A DNA stretch of 63,976 nt, counting the filler, from Trypethelium eluteriae (taxonomy: Eukaryota), in the NCBI GenBank assembly GCA_051942245.1. It is 4 parts of 4 records of this genome, joined end to end, with 100 filler letters (N's around TTAATTAATTAA, not from the genome) between each part and the next. Parts side by side here need not be neighbours in the genome. Positions count along the whole stretch, not along the records: positions 33,921 to 50,759 come from JAVECL010000612.1; positions 50,860 to 63,976 come from JAVECL010000743.1; 2 more parts are not named here. One strand, given 5' to 3'. Numbering within the stretch: position 1 is the stretch's first letter; every line of letters begins with the position of its first letter. The position numbers and the translations under genes were made by a program. Below the pieces are notes generated by a model, which was given only the letters and a program-made list of their open reading frames with translations, did no database searches and had not been told where the DNA came from. Shown piece by piece: positions 47,948 to 58,895 of the stretch.

Positions 47948-49354
47948 TTATGATGATGTTTGAGGAGAGTTCGTGGGATAATTTTTATTTGCGTCCTTCC
48001 AGAAGTTCAGTACCTCTGCCAAGCCAATCCTATCATTAGGATCAGGCTCCAAGCAACGATACACAATGGCCTTCCAATCGTCAGGAATGTCCTCTTCACC
48101 TTTACTCCAGGCCACCACGACGCTTCTGTTGTTCTCGATCTCACTTTGTGAGACCTGTTCAAGCAGCAACCATAACGTTCGGCCAAGACTGAATGTCTCT
48201 GCTGCCTCCAGCGCTCGAGGGAAGCGCTCTCTCCACTCTGGAAATACGTTCCATTGAGGCCAGCTCCAGACAGAATTTTCTCGCGGTGGACCGTTGTATC
48301 TTTTGTAGATGAGACGAGCGGGTGGGGCGTTGTGAGCGTTCTCATGCGATGGATCGACTTCCAAGAATCTCACGTCCCAAGTGCCATCAGCTTCAGGGGC
48401 TAAAGTGTAGTGTGGTGCCCCGCTTTGTTCCCAGTCAATCAGTATAACATCATTCTCAGCATTCAAAAGAAAATTAGCCGGTTTGATATCCATGTGGTAT
48501 GTGCGGGCCACGAAATGGGTGTGAAAGACCGCTGAAGACATTTCATAACACCAGCGGGCTTTATCAGTCAACGTTAGACGGGAGCCTGTTGCATTAGCAC
48601 GTTTGATCTCACTGTCAAGCGAGCCGCGTTCCATGAACGGATGTAGCATGCCACAGACACCGGGTTGCTGCATGACTTCGAGTTTCCCCGCAGTGACATA
48701 AAATTTTGAGGGAGACATAATGTTCGGATGCGGAGGCATTGAGCTGATGGTTTGGATCTCGTGATAGCAGACATCCCTCATGTTGGTGAAATCTTCGCGA
48801 GACTCGAGAAATGCTCCAAACTCGATTCCCTTATACACGAAAAAGTGGTCAGAAGAGGGAACACGGACGAGCGCAGTTCTACCTCTTCCTGCCAAGTGGC
48901 TGATGGGAATAAGACTCGAATAATCGATCGACTTATATCCTTGGGATGCTGCCGCGTCACCTGGCGTAAATTTTGCAATTGGAAGTAATAAGTCCAGGTA
49001 TTCTTGATATGAGCTCTCGTGGCATATGTGATATTGGATCTCTCCTGTCTGATCTTCATAAATTTCAACCGTGACGTCTGGTGACATGATAGATGCATGT
49101 GATACACAACGAGGCCAGACGCGACGTATCGAGGAATAGATAGCGTTGCGCATTGAGCTACGATCGGAAAATGTTTCGCCCATTGCCTTTCCAGAAACGT
49201 CGAAGAATCGAGCTATGATGCGATTTGGAAGGCTCCAAGGTCTTTCGGCTCTGAAAGCGAACTTGAATAGAAGATATAGGTCGTCATTTCCCGCTTCAGC
49301 GTACACTTCGGACTCATCGTCGTTGCCCCAGATGATGTCTCCGCTGATGTCCAT
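47948..49354 (-). CDS. Intronless fungal protein kinase, non-RD (468 aa)
   Basis: LAGRGRT Gly loop, VYKG lysine, alphaC YHEIQTI, PPHPNI, catalytic HMDIKPANFLL, LIDWEQ (DFG position), LAPE, ETFSLGRTLW, CLEPDPNDR. Confidence 0.9.
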   Translation of the reverse strand: MDISGDIIWGNDDESEVYAEAGNDDLYLLFKFAFRAERPWSLPNRIIARFFDVSGKAMGETFSDRSSMRNAIYSSIRRVWPRCVSHASIMSPDVTVEIYEDQTGEIQYHICHESSYQEYLDLLLPIAKFTPGDAAASQGYKSIDYSSLIPISHLAGRGRTALVRVPSSDHFFVYKGIEFGAFLESREDFTNMRDVCYHEIQTISSMPPHPNIMSPSKFYVTAGKLEVMQQPGVCGMLHPFMERGSLDSEIKRANATGSRLTLTDKARWCYEMSSAVFHTHFVARTYHMDIKPANFLLNAENDVILIDWEQSGAPHYTLAPEADGTWDVRFLEVDPSHENAHNAPPARLIYKRYNGPPRENSVWSWPQWNVFPEWRERFPRALEAAETFSLGRTLWLLLEQVSQSEIENNRSVVVAWSKGEEDIPDDWKAIVYRCLEPDPNDRIGLAEVLNFWKDANKNYPTNSPQTSS

Positions 49355-50759
49355 TGGATCTTTTCTTGATGGAAATCATGAATTGATGATAGCGCATAGC
49401 TAAGTCGATCGAATTCAAGCGAGCCACCAAATGTAAGGACACGATTTGAAAAGATCCATAGACGCAGGTGCGACCTTCACCATTTACAACATCACGTGAT
49501 GCATATTGACAAACAAATTGCTCTGCACGCACTAAGGCAGTCCGTGAATTCACGTTTTTGTTGGATGCAATACTGGAAACAAATCGATCTTCCGAGTCTT
49601 CGCAAAGACCTCTTCCATCGCTGAACCTCGCATTCCAGCGCTTCTGGAGCCTCAGGAGCAACTTCGATCTCGCGTTATCCAAACACACTGTGGAAGTCTC
49701 CCAGTAGAGTAGTCGGGAAAGTCGTCTATCAATTCGGGTTCTTGATCAATCAAGATGCGGCACGAAAATCTCCTACATACTTGTGTCATCCAAGACAAAC
49801 TTCCCAATGAGCTCATCCATTACTTAGAATTTTAGGTGATGTAAGAATAGTTAGACGGCTCGTGTGTGATCCGGCTTCATTGATGGGTTCAGGGGAGCCG
49901 ATTATCGGGGACGCGTGGGCTAAAACAATGTGATCTGGCCGAAAGAGCAGCCAACGCCGATGATCATCAAAATTCAGAGCAATGAATTTTGGCAGAACCC
50001 AAGTCGAATGTATCATTGGCGCAGTGTCATGGAAGCTGTCACTGGCCGGTGAAAAGGTCAAAAGCTCCTGCTTTGTATTCGAGCGCTGGGCCGTCCCGTT
50101 GAGAGAACTGACATGACCTGGAGTACTTAGGTCGACAGTAACTTCCTAGGTCAGTAGCTGTTCAGCATGCTGTGCCTCGAGCACAAGTGCGGGATTGACG
50201 AAAAGAAACGGCTAACATAGCCGTCGAAGAGGATCGCGCGAGGGATATCTTGGCTCTTCGGTGCTTTAGACGAAGCCACAGAATGACCGGGTCAATTCGC
50301 GAAGGCTCTGGAAAATTTTCTGTCCTAATGGCACAATGGGTTGCACATGCCGCTGCGTCTTTCGATGGTTAATTGCGACTCTGAGGCCTGCTGGAAGCGA
50401 AGGAAACTTTGGTGGATTCTTCATAAATCGTTGAAGGGGATAGCTTCGGTCATGGAACTGTGACCTGCCACAACCCTACTAGTGGATCACCCTCGGAATC
50501 ATCACTCCGGTAATTTAAAGTGTATGTATCTTATGGAGAATTATATTCGTTCTACAGAGACTGATCAGGATTAGAATGTAGGTTTAGAGGTACGGGGTGA
50601 GAGTGCGGAGGGTATGAGCGTAGGGACCTGTACCGAGTAACTGTGAATCCCAAAGCCCATCTAAATGTTGATTAGATAGGTAGTTAGGATGGTGAAGGTT
50701 CTCTGTATAGCGAAAATATACAGAAGGTCAAAGCTCCCCGACAGGGGCTGGGGGAGGGG

Positions 50760-50859
50760 NNNNNNNNNNNNNNNNNNNNNNNNNNNNNNNNNNNNNNNNN
50801 NNNTTAATTAATTAANNNNNNNNNNNNNNNNNNNNNNNNNNNNNNNNNNNNNNNNNNNN
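50760..50859. other. Artificial contig spacer (N44-TTAATTAATTAA-N44)
   Basis: Same 100-nt structure as the other two spacers. Confidence 0.98.
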
Positions 50860-51432
50860 CAACTCCAACCCCGCCGTGCTCTTCGCCAACACCGTCGCCC
50901 GCTCCTCCCACCGCGCCTGGCCCTCCTCGTCCCGCACATCCACCGCCACCGCGCCCGCAGGCACCTCCGGCAGGTCCGCTGGCAGATTCACGCTGCTGAC
51001 GCTGCTGCTGTGCGAGTGCGAGCGCGAGTGCAGATGTAGGCGCTCCGAGAGCTTCCGCTCATGCTGCGGTTTGGTTGTGGGCGGTGTGAAGTCGTTTGGG
51101 TCGCGGGGTTTGGTGTCGTTGGGTTGGACATCTGGACGGACATTGGCGTTGGCGTTGGCAGCGGCCGCCGTAGGAGTGGGAGTAGTTGGTGCGGGAGGGG
51201 TTAGGGATTTGCGGAAGCGGGAGGTGAGTCTTGATGAGGAGGATTTGTGGTGAGGGGATGAGGTGGGGTGGTCGTCGGGGAAGGAGGGTGGTTCGATGGT
51301 TTCTTGGAGGTCGGTTGTCGTGCGGAGGAAGGTGAATTGGGGGACGTCTGGCTGTGGAGAAGCGGTGCTGGCGCTTTGTGATGAGTCGCTAGATAGTTTA
51401 TCTTTCTTCTTCAGGAGATCTCTGAGAGGCAT
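50860..51432 (-). CDS. N-terminal part of a probable Sel1-like-repeat (Dsf2/Nif1-type) protein, 3'-truncated by contig end
   Basis: MPLRDLLKKKDK...PQFTFLRTTT...SSVNLPADLPEV...ARWEERATVLAK matches, from memory, the N-terminal blocks of this Pezizomycotina family. The Sel1 repeats themselves lie beyond the gap and are not seen. Confidence 0.6.
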
Positions 51433-52025
51433 GGCGAGCTCGAGAGAGAGTTGGCCGTGTGCTCGGAGAGCAGATTCGTATGAGACAGCTCCAAAGTATA
51501 GACAAACGTCGAGAAAATCGCACGATCGACCAAGAGCAAGCTAATTGACCTTACGGATGGCGCTATATCTTCTTGGACCGCCAAGAAAGGATGTAGCTGA
51601 GCGCATTGGGGCGCAGCTGCTGGTATAAGAATGTTTTGGCCCGGATGTAGAGAAAGATACCGTATGCATGGCCCCCACTGCGACTCAGCCTCATGCCTCG
51701 TGCAATTGACATGGTTGTCAACACCACGTCAACCACTTCCTCATGTGAATGTAGAAAACCATTCATGCTTTACAAACATATGTGCAACATTATTGTCATA
51801 CTATCATCTACACTCAATTATTGGAATTCAAGTTCGGCACGCTTATTTTTTGCAAATACATGTTTGGATTAATGAGCTACATTAAGCATAAGGTAGCTTG
51901 CTAGGGCATAGCAGGCATGACACAGTAATCATGGGTTTTTCCGACTTCGAGTTCTTCCGGGCCTTGGTCAACACCTTCGCCATGCTTGTATTAGAACAGA
52001 CAGGAAAACCCCCTTTCTTCATCGA

Positions 52026-52180
52026 GATTGTGCATTATCCTCAATCCTGCCGGACGAAGGCCACTGTAAGACTGCTCGCGGCTAAGAATTGATGTGAAGG
52101 AAACTGATTGTGCATTACCCCCAATTCTGCCGGACGAAGACAGTTGTAAGACTGACTGCGGCTAAGAATTGATATGAAGG
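52026..52180. repeat. Diverged tandem duplication, 80-bp period, two copies
   Basis: gattgtgcatta...gccggacgaag...tgtaagactg...gcggctaagaattgat.tgaagg at 52026-52100 and 52106-52180. Confidence 0.9.
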
Positions 52181-52234
52181 GGATCCGTTGCACATGCCAT
52201 TGTCGTTGTTAAGGGAGCTTACAGAGTTTGCTAT

Positions 52235-53788
52235 TCAGAAGCGGACGAAGTCATGCTGGTGTGATATTTCGTGTTCTGGCCCGCCACCCTGTCCTGTCAT
52301 GATTACTTCATCCTCAAGATCGTCAGAGTCGACATCATCGTTGTCAATTTGATCATATTCCTCATCACTAGAGAAGTCGGATGTACCGTCGTCTTCTCCA
52401 TCGGCTTGTGCCGCGGTAGTTTTCCTGAGCTTACCAGCTCGGTCGACATGTGGCAGAGGACATTTGAGATTGCGGCAGATACCTTTGTTAGTATAGTCTG
52501 GACATTCATGGACATGGCGATCGGGGCAAGAGGTGCCAGCTTCGCAGTACCCCAAAGTTGCAAAGGCGCGGCAAACAGGAGCGCCAGCATTGACGTGGAC
52601 ATGCGCATAGCGACATTCGTCGTTGAAGCATTTACCGCGCAGAAAATGTACACAGGCTGGCACACGATGGGGATTGGGATCATGGGACAAGTCACAAGCA
52701 TCTCCTGCTTGGCATGAACCTTTTTGAAGGAAGTCCTTGCAAATGGCGACTTTGTGAGGATCGTGGGTATACAGACATTCGGGTCCGTGAGGGCAGTAAC
52801 CTAATCACAGAGCGTCAGCATTGTTCAGTCCGGCCCCAAGACGGTTTTTTGTTTCGTCATTCCAGTCCTGGCACGCGCACTAAAGGAAGAATACCAGTCG
52901 ATGTGAACCTCGCGCAGAGGTCAGCCCTTTTCTTGATCCGTTCCTCCCTAGATAACTTTAGCCTGAAGAATCATCCAAACTATCAGGGCATGGTCAGCAG
53001 AGTCATCATACGGGTTTTTCTTGACCAGCCCAGAGCGATAGAGATTGCCGTTTTTGCTTCGCAAGAAAAGCACCCCACCAATTCTCGTTTGTTTAGGCGT
53101 TGACCTCGCGGTGTTTGGATTACCTAGAATAAGTCAGATGGAACAAGCGCCCTTTCAGAGTGAGCTTACCGTCCATGCGGTGTAACTTGCTACCATCACT
53201 GGATATGCGGAAACGTATGTTGTTAACTTCGATCTCGTGGTTGAATACGGCACTCTGTGTCAGAGCATGCTCAGCTGCGAAGTGTTTCATCAGTTTCTTC
53301 TTCTGGCGCGCATTACGTTCGATCTGTTTCTTCTGAATCGTCTCACTGATAGCTTGCATTCGTTCTTGGGTTTTCTGCTCGAAGACGGCGGTATTGATGA
53401 GTTGATTGTGGCGATCACGTTTGGTGACCCAACCTGGTGTATCTCCAGCCTCAGAGATTGGCTCTGTCCGATCAGACGCTGGCTCGGCAATCGAAGGGGT
53501 CGGAGGGGGACCAGGATTGTTTATGACCAGAGTACGATTTCTGTGCAATGCTTGGTATCGGCCTCCTCGTGCGCGCGTTATACCATATGGCGTTCCACGG
53601 TGAGGAACCCACTGACTGGCTCCTCCTCGGATCTGAGGGTTTTCGGGAGAGTTCGTATACCTCTCTGTTTGCTTACGCATCTTGATTCGCTCTGGTAGGG
53701 TTAGACGCGTTGTAGGGAGTGAGGTTTGCCGGCGCTACCTACCTCTGAGCGTGGCAATCTTTGCTTTGAGTTCTTCATCCTCCGCCAT
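52235..53788 (-). CDS. CCCH zinc-finger protein, ZC3H3/Red5-like (~432 aa); exons 53788-53743, 53691-53170, 53123-53012, 52947-52895, 52800-52235
   Basis: MAEDEELKAKIATL..., HRNRTLVIN, WVTKRDRHNQLIN and GGVLFLRSKNGNLYR, then five tandem CCCH fingers (CARFTSTGYCPHGPECLYTH ... CPDYTNKGICRNLKCPLPH) and an acidic tail. Four GT-AG introns give 1299 nt. Confidence 0.88.
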
Positions 53789-54270
53789 CCTGTAAGAGTG
53801 TTGAGGATTTGATGCCAAGCCTATGTAAGGTTAGTTGTCTACGCGCCAGGAAGTCTACACTCGTCTAAAGCGACCACCAAGGATGAATTAAATGACAAAG
53901 GAAGCGGAAGCGGAAGCAGAAGCAGAAAGTGAAGTCGGGAGCGGCGCGGAAAAGTGGGTTGTACTAGACTAGGTAGGTGGCGCTATCAAGGCCCGTGCTT
54001 CTTGTGGCACCTTCGCACCTTGGCATCACCGCATCTTGGCATCTGAAGGTTTCCCTCAGCCCTCACCCGTGAGAGGATTTACACCAGCTCATTGTTCCTA
54101 TGGACCCTCTATCACTTTACATCTATGGACACATGTCTACTGTACCACCACAGAGAACCATGCGATCTCATGATTACCTAAATACTCTGACTATCTCGAA
54201 GCGAAAGCAGATCCACAGTGGAAATTTACCACTTTCCCCGGATCTATTCGCAACGGCTCAATTATTTATT

Positions 54271-55832
54271 TCAAGACCTGAACTTCAAAGTCCAGAGTGA
54301 CTGAGCAGGCAGTTCAAAAGCAACCGACCCGTTCGTCACCGTCGGCAAAGGATCCACTACCGTCCAGTCATCCTCCGGCGTCGTTTTCACCGCCGTTTCC
54401 AGCACGGCACCATTGCCTGGACTTTGCAGGGTCAAATTATACGAACTTGTCTGATTATTCATGAACAGGACACTCAACGAGGTACCGTTTACCGACTTGG
54501 TAGCCAACGCGTTGACGCCGTCCGGAAGCTGGTCTTGCGCAACGTCATATCGCACTGCACCCGGACGATGGAAATAGCTGAAATGCTTAAGCATGAAGGC
54601 ACGCTTCGTCAGGTAAAGGTTATAGTCTTGCGTCTGGTTGTAGTCACCATCGATATAGATCAGACCGGAATTGTATCCGGCTGTCTCATTGATGGCTGTC
54701 GCGCATGATGCATTGACCGTAGGAGAGCACGGTAGGTTAGTTACCGCAGTCCACCAATCGAAAGACTGTGCCTGCACGATAGTCAGAAACTGCCAGACGT
54801 ACCGTGCCACGATTAAAGCATTGGTCATGGTGGGATCGTATTGTGCTCCGAAGACACTGGAGCCCGATCCGGCATTGGTTGAGCAGCACGTTTCTGTGAA
54901 CTTGACTGGCGGCGGCGCATTGTTGGTGAGGTTCAGCACGAGATCATAGTACTGGCTCAACGCTTGATCATCGGGATAGTCGTAGTTATGGACAGCAATA
55001 TTGGATAGGTAGGTTGCCGCCAATGGAAGCCAATCGGGATATTCTGGAAAGGCTTGCGTGGTGATCTGGCTCGTCTCGTCACCAACAATGTCTACTTTGC
55101 TTGCTGTCGAGTTGTTAGACAGCGCGGATTTGATGGCGGCGAAGGCCTGGGCCCGGAGATCTGGAGAAACGGCCATCCCCTCTTGTCCGCAATCGGCGCG
55201 ATTGTTGTCAGGTTCATTCATTGGTGAGATATATGAGATGTTAATCCCCTGTTTCGTCCAGTGGGACAACACAGTGTTGATGTAGTTGGCGAAGGCCGGA
55301 GTTTTTGCAGCGGTCAAATTCCAACCACATGCTGCACCGTTGTCAGATATGTTGGAGGGTGCGGCATTGATGAAGAAGGTAATGAAAGGAACGCCGGCAG
55401 CCTGTGCCATATTGAGAAAGGTCACCCCGGCTTGATCCCGGGACCAATCGTAAGTGCCGTTTCTGAGCAAGAAAGACTCCACTCTAGAACCAACGGTGGT
55501 GACCTCTTGTGTGTCATTACCGCCATCTCCACCCATATTATATCGATAGGATGATAGGTAAAGGCCATTCTCTGAGAAAAGCAGATTGCTCAGATTCTGT
55601 TGGACCTCGACTGGGAAATGGATGAGATCATTCGGCCACCATGCTCCTGACGCCCCAAAGGAGGTTATACTCTGCTTTGGAGATGTATCAATAGACACTG
55701 AAGATGATTGCGGTGAGCATACTCATGATGGGCTTTTTTTGAGATGGATGACTGACCAGATGACTGGGTACTTGCCTTAGCAGTGAAAAGGCAAAGTGCC
55801 AAAAAAGATGAATACAAGGCTGATATCATCAT
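54271..55832 (-). CDS. Secreted glycoside hydrolase family 30 (endo-beta-1,6-galactanase-like; ~500 aa); exons 55832-55757, 55697-54271
   Basis: Signal peptide MMISALYSSFLALCLFTAKA; FGASGAWW, YRYNMGG, acid/base SPMNEPD, GQEG, nucleophile KFTETCC, C-terminal beta domain LPAQSLWT; many N-x-S/T sites. Substrate specificity is uncertain. Confidence 0.85.
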
Positions 55833-56550
55833 TCTCGATGGAGGAAGCAGAAAGCAATCGAAAAGAGGAAATTTAGGGAAAATGCTGTGCCCCACCCATT
55901 TTCTTGTACCTGCATACGGCCTATTCTACGTTATCTAATACGAACGGGAGCTTTACCGAGGTGGAGTCCGCTCTTGAATACCCCGTCACCGAAGTTACTT
56001 GCCAAATCAGGAAAGTCCTCACAGACTCTGTTCTACCTCTCATCCTAAGATTTAGGCACAAAGAGTGTAGCCTCATGTTCCTGGATATCAAAATACTTTT
56101 CTCAAATATTAACCGGTCTCCGCTGAGTGACTATCGGAGTTGCTTGCATATCCTCCCGCAAATCCTCCAACCCTTCTGAGAAAAGATCACCCGAAACTTT
56201 GCACCGTCAACTTTCGGAGCCTATTTCGATAAAGTTTCAATTGGGAGTCAATTTCAATACAGTTGAAAACCCCTGTGTCCATCTCCTATTCGGAATCATC
56301 AAATCGACGAGGGGAAAAGCGAATACATGTTGCAGAGCGGAATCTGCATTTCCAATCAGCACGCTCGTATGAATACATCTCAATGTTCTTTATCGCATTA
56401 CTCTCGTGTTCCAATACTCGCGTTTATTCCTATAGTGAAGTCACAACTCCGGTATCAGCAAATCATATTGTCCTTTCATACCTACCCTACGTGTCTCCCC
56501 ACGCGCAACACACAAACATCACTCCTCCACCATAATCTCAGCAAAGTCCT

Positions 56551-57183
56551 TCATTTCCACCCTTGGCCCTTTCTCAGCCCCTGCCCCAGCAACGTCACAA
56601 CCACCTCCCTCCCTCCCGCTCCCAGCTTCCGCTTCACACTTTCCAGATCCCCACTCGGCCACCAATTCATATGGAACGGGAAATCCAGCGCTTGCCTCGT
56701 CACAACTCGATGCGTCGTCCCCGGCTGCAACTTTTCCAGCTTCGTCCTACATAGCCAGAGCCGTCTTTTCGGATCCGGCCTGTAATTCGTCGACAGATCT
56801 TCGATGTCGAAGCTCGGACTGATGTCCACGAGCCCAAGTTTGATTGCCTTGGTCAGGGGTTTGTCCGGGTTGAGCGTTAACAGCTCGTTTTCAACACTAC
56901 CTAGGTTGATCATGGCGGTTTGGGAGCGGAGACTGTGCACGATGGAGAAGGGGACGCGCGAGTTGGTGGAGGCAGACTCGAGGATACAGGTGCTGGTGTA
57001 GGATCTGGCGACGGGAGATAGGAAGTGGTTGACTAGGTAGAGAGTAATAGGCTCGGCGAGCTTTGGGAGGCGGAGGGTAAGTGTCAGCTCGATGGGAGTC
57101 TCCTTGTAGTTCTCGAGGGTGAGGGAGGACAGAGCAATGGAGGAGAGTGATACGGAGGCACTAAGATGGATTTGAGGCTCCAT
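56551..57183 (-). CDS. Hypothetical protein (210 aa)
   Basis: Single-exon ATG-started ORF with coding-like codon bias and TATA-like TTTATA about 55 nt upstream. No family recognised. Confidence 0.55.
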   Translation of the reverse strand: MEPQIHLSASVSLSSIALSSLTLENYKETPIELTLTLRLPKLAEPITLYLVNHFLSPVARSYTSTCILESASTNSRVPFSIVHSLRSQTAMINLGSVENELLTLNPDKPLTKAIKLGLVDISPSFDIEDLSTNYRPDPKRRLWLCRTKLEKLQPGTTHRVVTRQALDFPFHMNWWPSGDLESVKRKLGAGGREVVVTLLGQGLRKGQGWK

Positions 57184-57673
57184 TCATGACGCAAACTGTG
57201 ACAAGTGGAACTGAGAAGACCAGTGCAAATGGGGTATTGTATAAAGGAGATGGAAAAGTCGTTTCTTGTAGGGAGTATTGGGCAGCAGAGAATTTTCGGC
57301 TTATACGTGTGTCCAGCTCTGCCGGCGACCTGCTAATCAAAATAAAGCAAAGCGTCACTTGCAACATCATTCAACGTCTCTTGAATTTGACTGGTGCATT
57401 CGGCTGGAGGAAAGGTAGGAGATCGACTGCATTGGAAGAAAAACATCACTGATGTCGACGGTGCTATCCATCGTCATCAGGCACGTCAGTGGGACGATAT
57501 ACCCGCCGGTCAGCTGTGTCTGGTTACGAGACCAGCACGCTACTATTGCATCTTGTTTGCCATTTACTTATAACAGCGGTTGAGACCTAAGTCTTGATAT
57601 GTCTCGAGGCATTGGCTCCTGGACCTTGCGCTCTGCCCTGCAAGCGCTTCTTTCGGAATCGTTGGAGATTTTT

Positions 57674-58058
57674 CTATGTGCGCGGATACTGCTCCGTCGT
57701 ATTAGAATCCCATTTCTGCAGGCGAGAAGGTCGTAATGATACCTCGTGACCCTGAGGCGACGTGCGAAGAGTGATAGCGTCCGTTTCATCCGACCTTGGA
57801 GTATCATTTCTGGGTTCTGATCGCTCCTGGTCGAGCACTGGAGAAGACTCCCGTCTTATGCGGGATTCGGATTCTACGATTATCACTTAGTTACGGCATC
57901 ATACTGATATCCAAGTTCTTACCATAGTTAGTCGATGTCCGTCTTTTTTGGGTCTTAATAAAAGTTACAATGTCGAGCAAGGCAGCGGTAGCTGTGACCA
58001 AGCTGTAAATGAAATTAATGAGCAGGCTTAGGAGATTGAGCAAGGTATTGGTATCCAT
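57674..58058 (-). CDS. Small single-pass membrane protein (~111 aa); exons 58058-57923, 57873-57674
   Basis: MDTNTLLNLLSLLINFIYSLVTATAALLDIVTFI hydrophobic helix followed by basic KTQKRR. A 49-nt intron G|GTAAGA...CGTAG|AA joins in phase to a hydrophilic tail ending TAG. Confidence 0.6.
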
Positions 58059-58190
58059 AACCACAGACATTAAAGTCAAATCGCTAGAATAAGTTTGTGA
58101 ACGTTCTGATATTAGAAAAGCGAGTTGAATCAATTTCTATGAATGACAGACCATAAAATCACCCGTTCTCGGTCAGAATATGCCTTGGCA

Positions 58191-58271
58191 AAACACGCAG
58201 CGAGGTTTTGGAGTGAACCAATAGCAAACATGCAGGGAGGTTTTGGAGTGAACCAATAGCATACATGCAGC
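58191..58271. repeat. 35-bp tandem repeat (about 2.3 copies), each full unit with a CCAAT box, in a divergent intergenic region
   Basis: aaacacgcagcgaggttttggagtgaaccaatagc / aaacatgcagggaggttttggagtgaaccaatagc / atacatgcagc. Confidence 0.88.
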
Positions 58272-58895
58272 AAATCTGCGAGAGTATGTGTAGATCCTTG
58301 AATGCCTGGCGGAATGGGCAAACTGACTGGTTGAAGCTGTGCAAACCAGGACGGCGGTACCAAACATTGATTGGTATTGATTTTGGTAAGCCTAGTCAAC
58401 GCCTACAGGGGTCTGTCGCGATGTTTTGGAAGTGGCCAATCGGCGGGATAGAGAAGGTATACATCTGTCCAACCACAAGCTTTTGAGCCCATCTGGGCGC
58501 GGCAGCGCAAGGCAGCACTTGTCCACTGCCCTGTCGCAATGGGCTGTTGCGCACGAACCATATTCTAGGTAGGATGCAGCACGTAGAGTAACCTGTACGA
58601 TAGTCCGTGCGCAACAGCCCAACAGCGCAGAGGATAAAACCTTAAAAACTCCGTATCTCACTTTCATACATCCTTACTTCGATTTTTTCATTGCCTCCTG
58701 TTAGAATTTCTAAGTCCTTAAGTCTTCGACTCCGTCTTGTTTTTCTTTGTGGGTAGGAGCTGCTAAACCACCAGCTACCAAAGTATTGGCAGCCTCTTTT
58801 GCCCAAGCAGCCCATTTGAAGATTGAGAGGAAGTTCGTTATTTATATAGGGCTCGACAGTAAAAACTTTGAACCCAGCAAGGTCTTGAAAGACCA

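Noticed and set aside
49400..50500. Broken minus-strand frames upstream of the kinase as extra kinase exons or a gene
   Set aside because: Multiple stops and no convincing splice sites; the kinase already has its own ATG and full domain.
55698..55775. GC donor (AAG|GCAAGT) for the GH30 intron
   Set aside because: Phase 0 does not match the acceptor; the GT donor at 55756 restores the frame.
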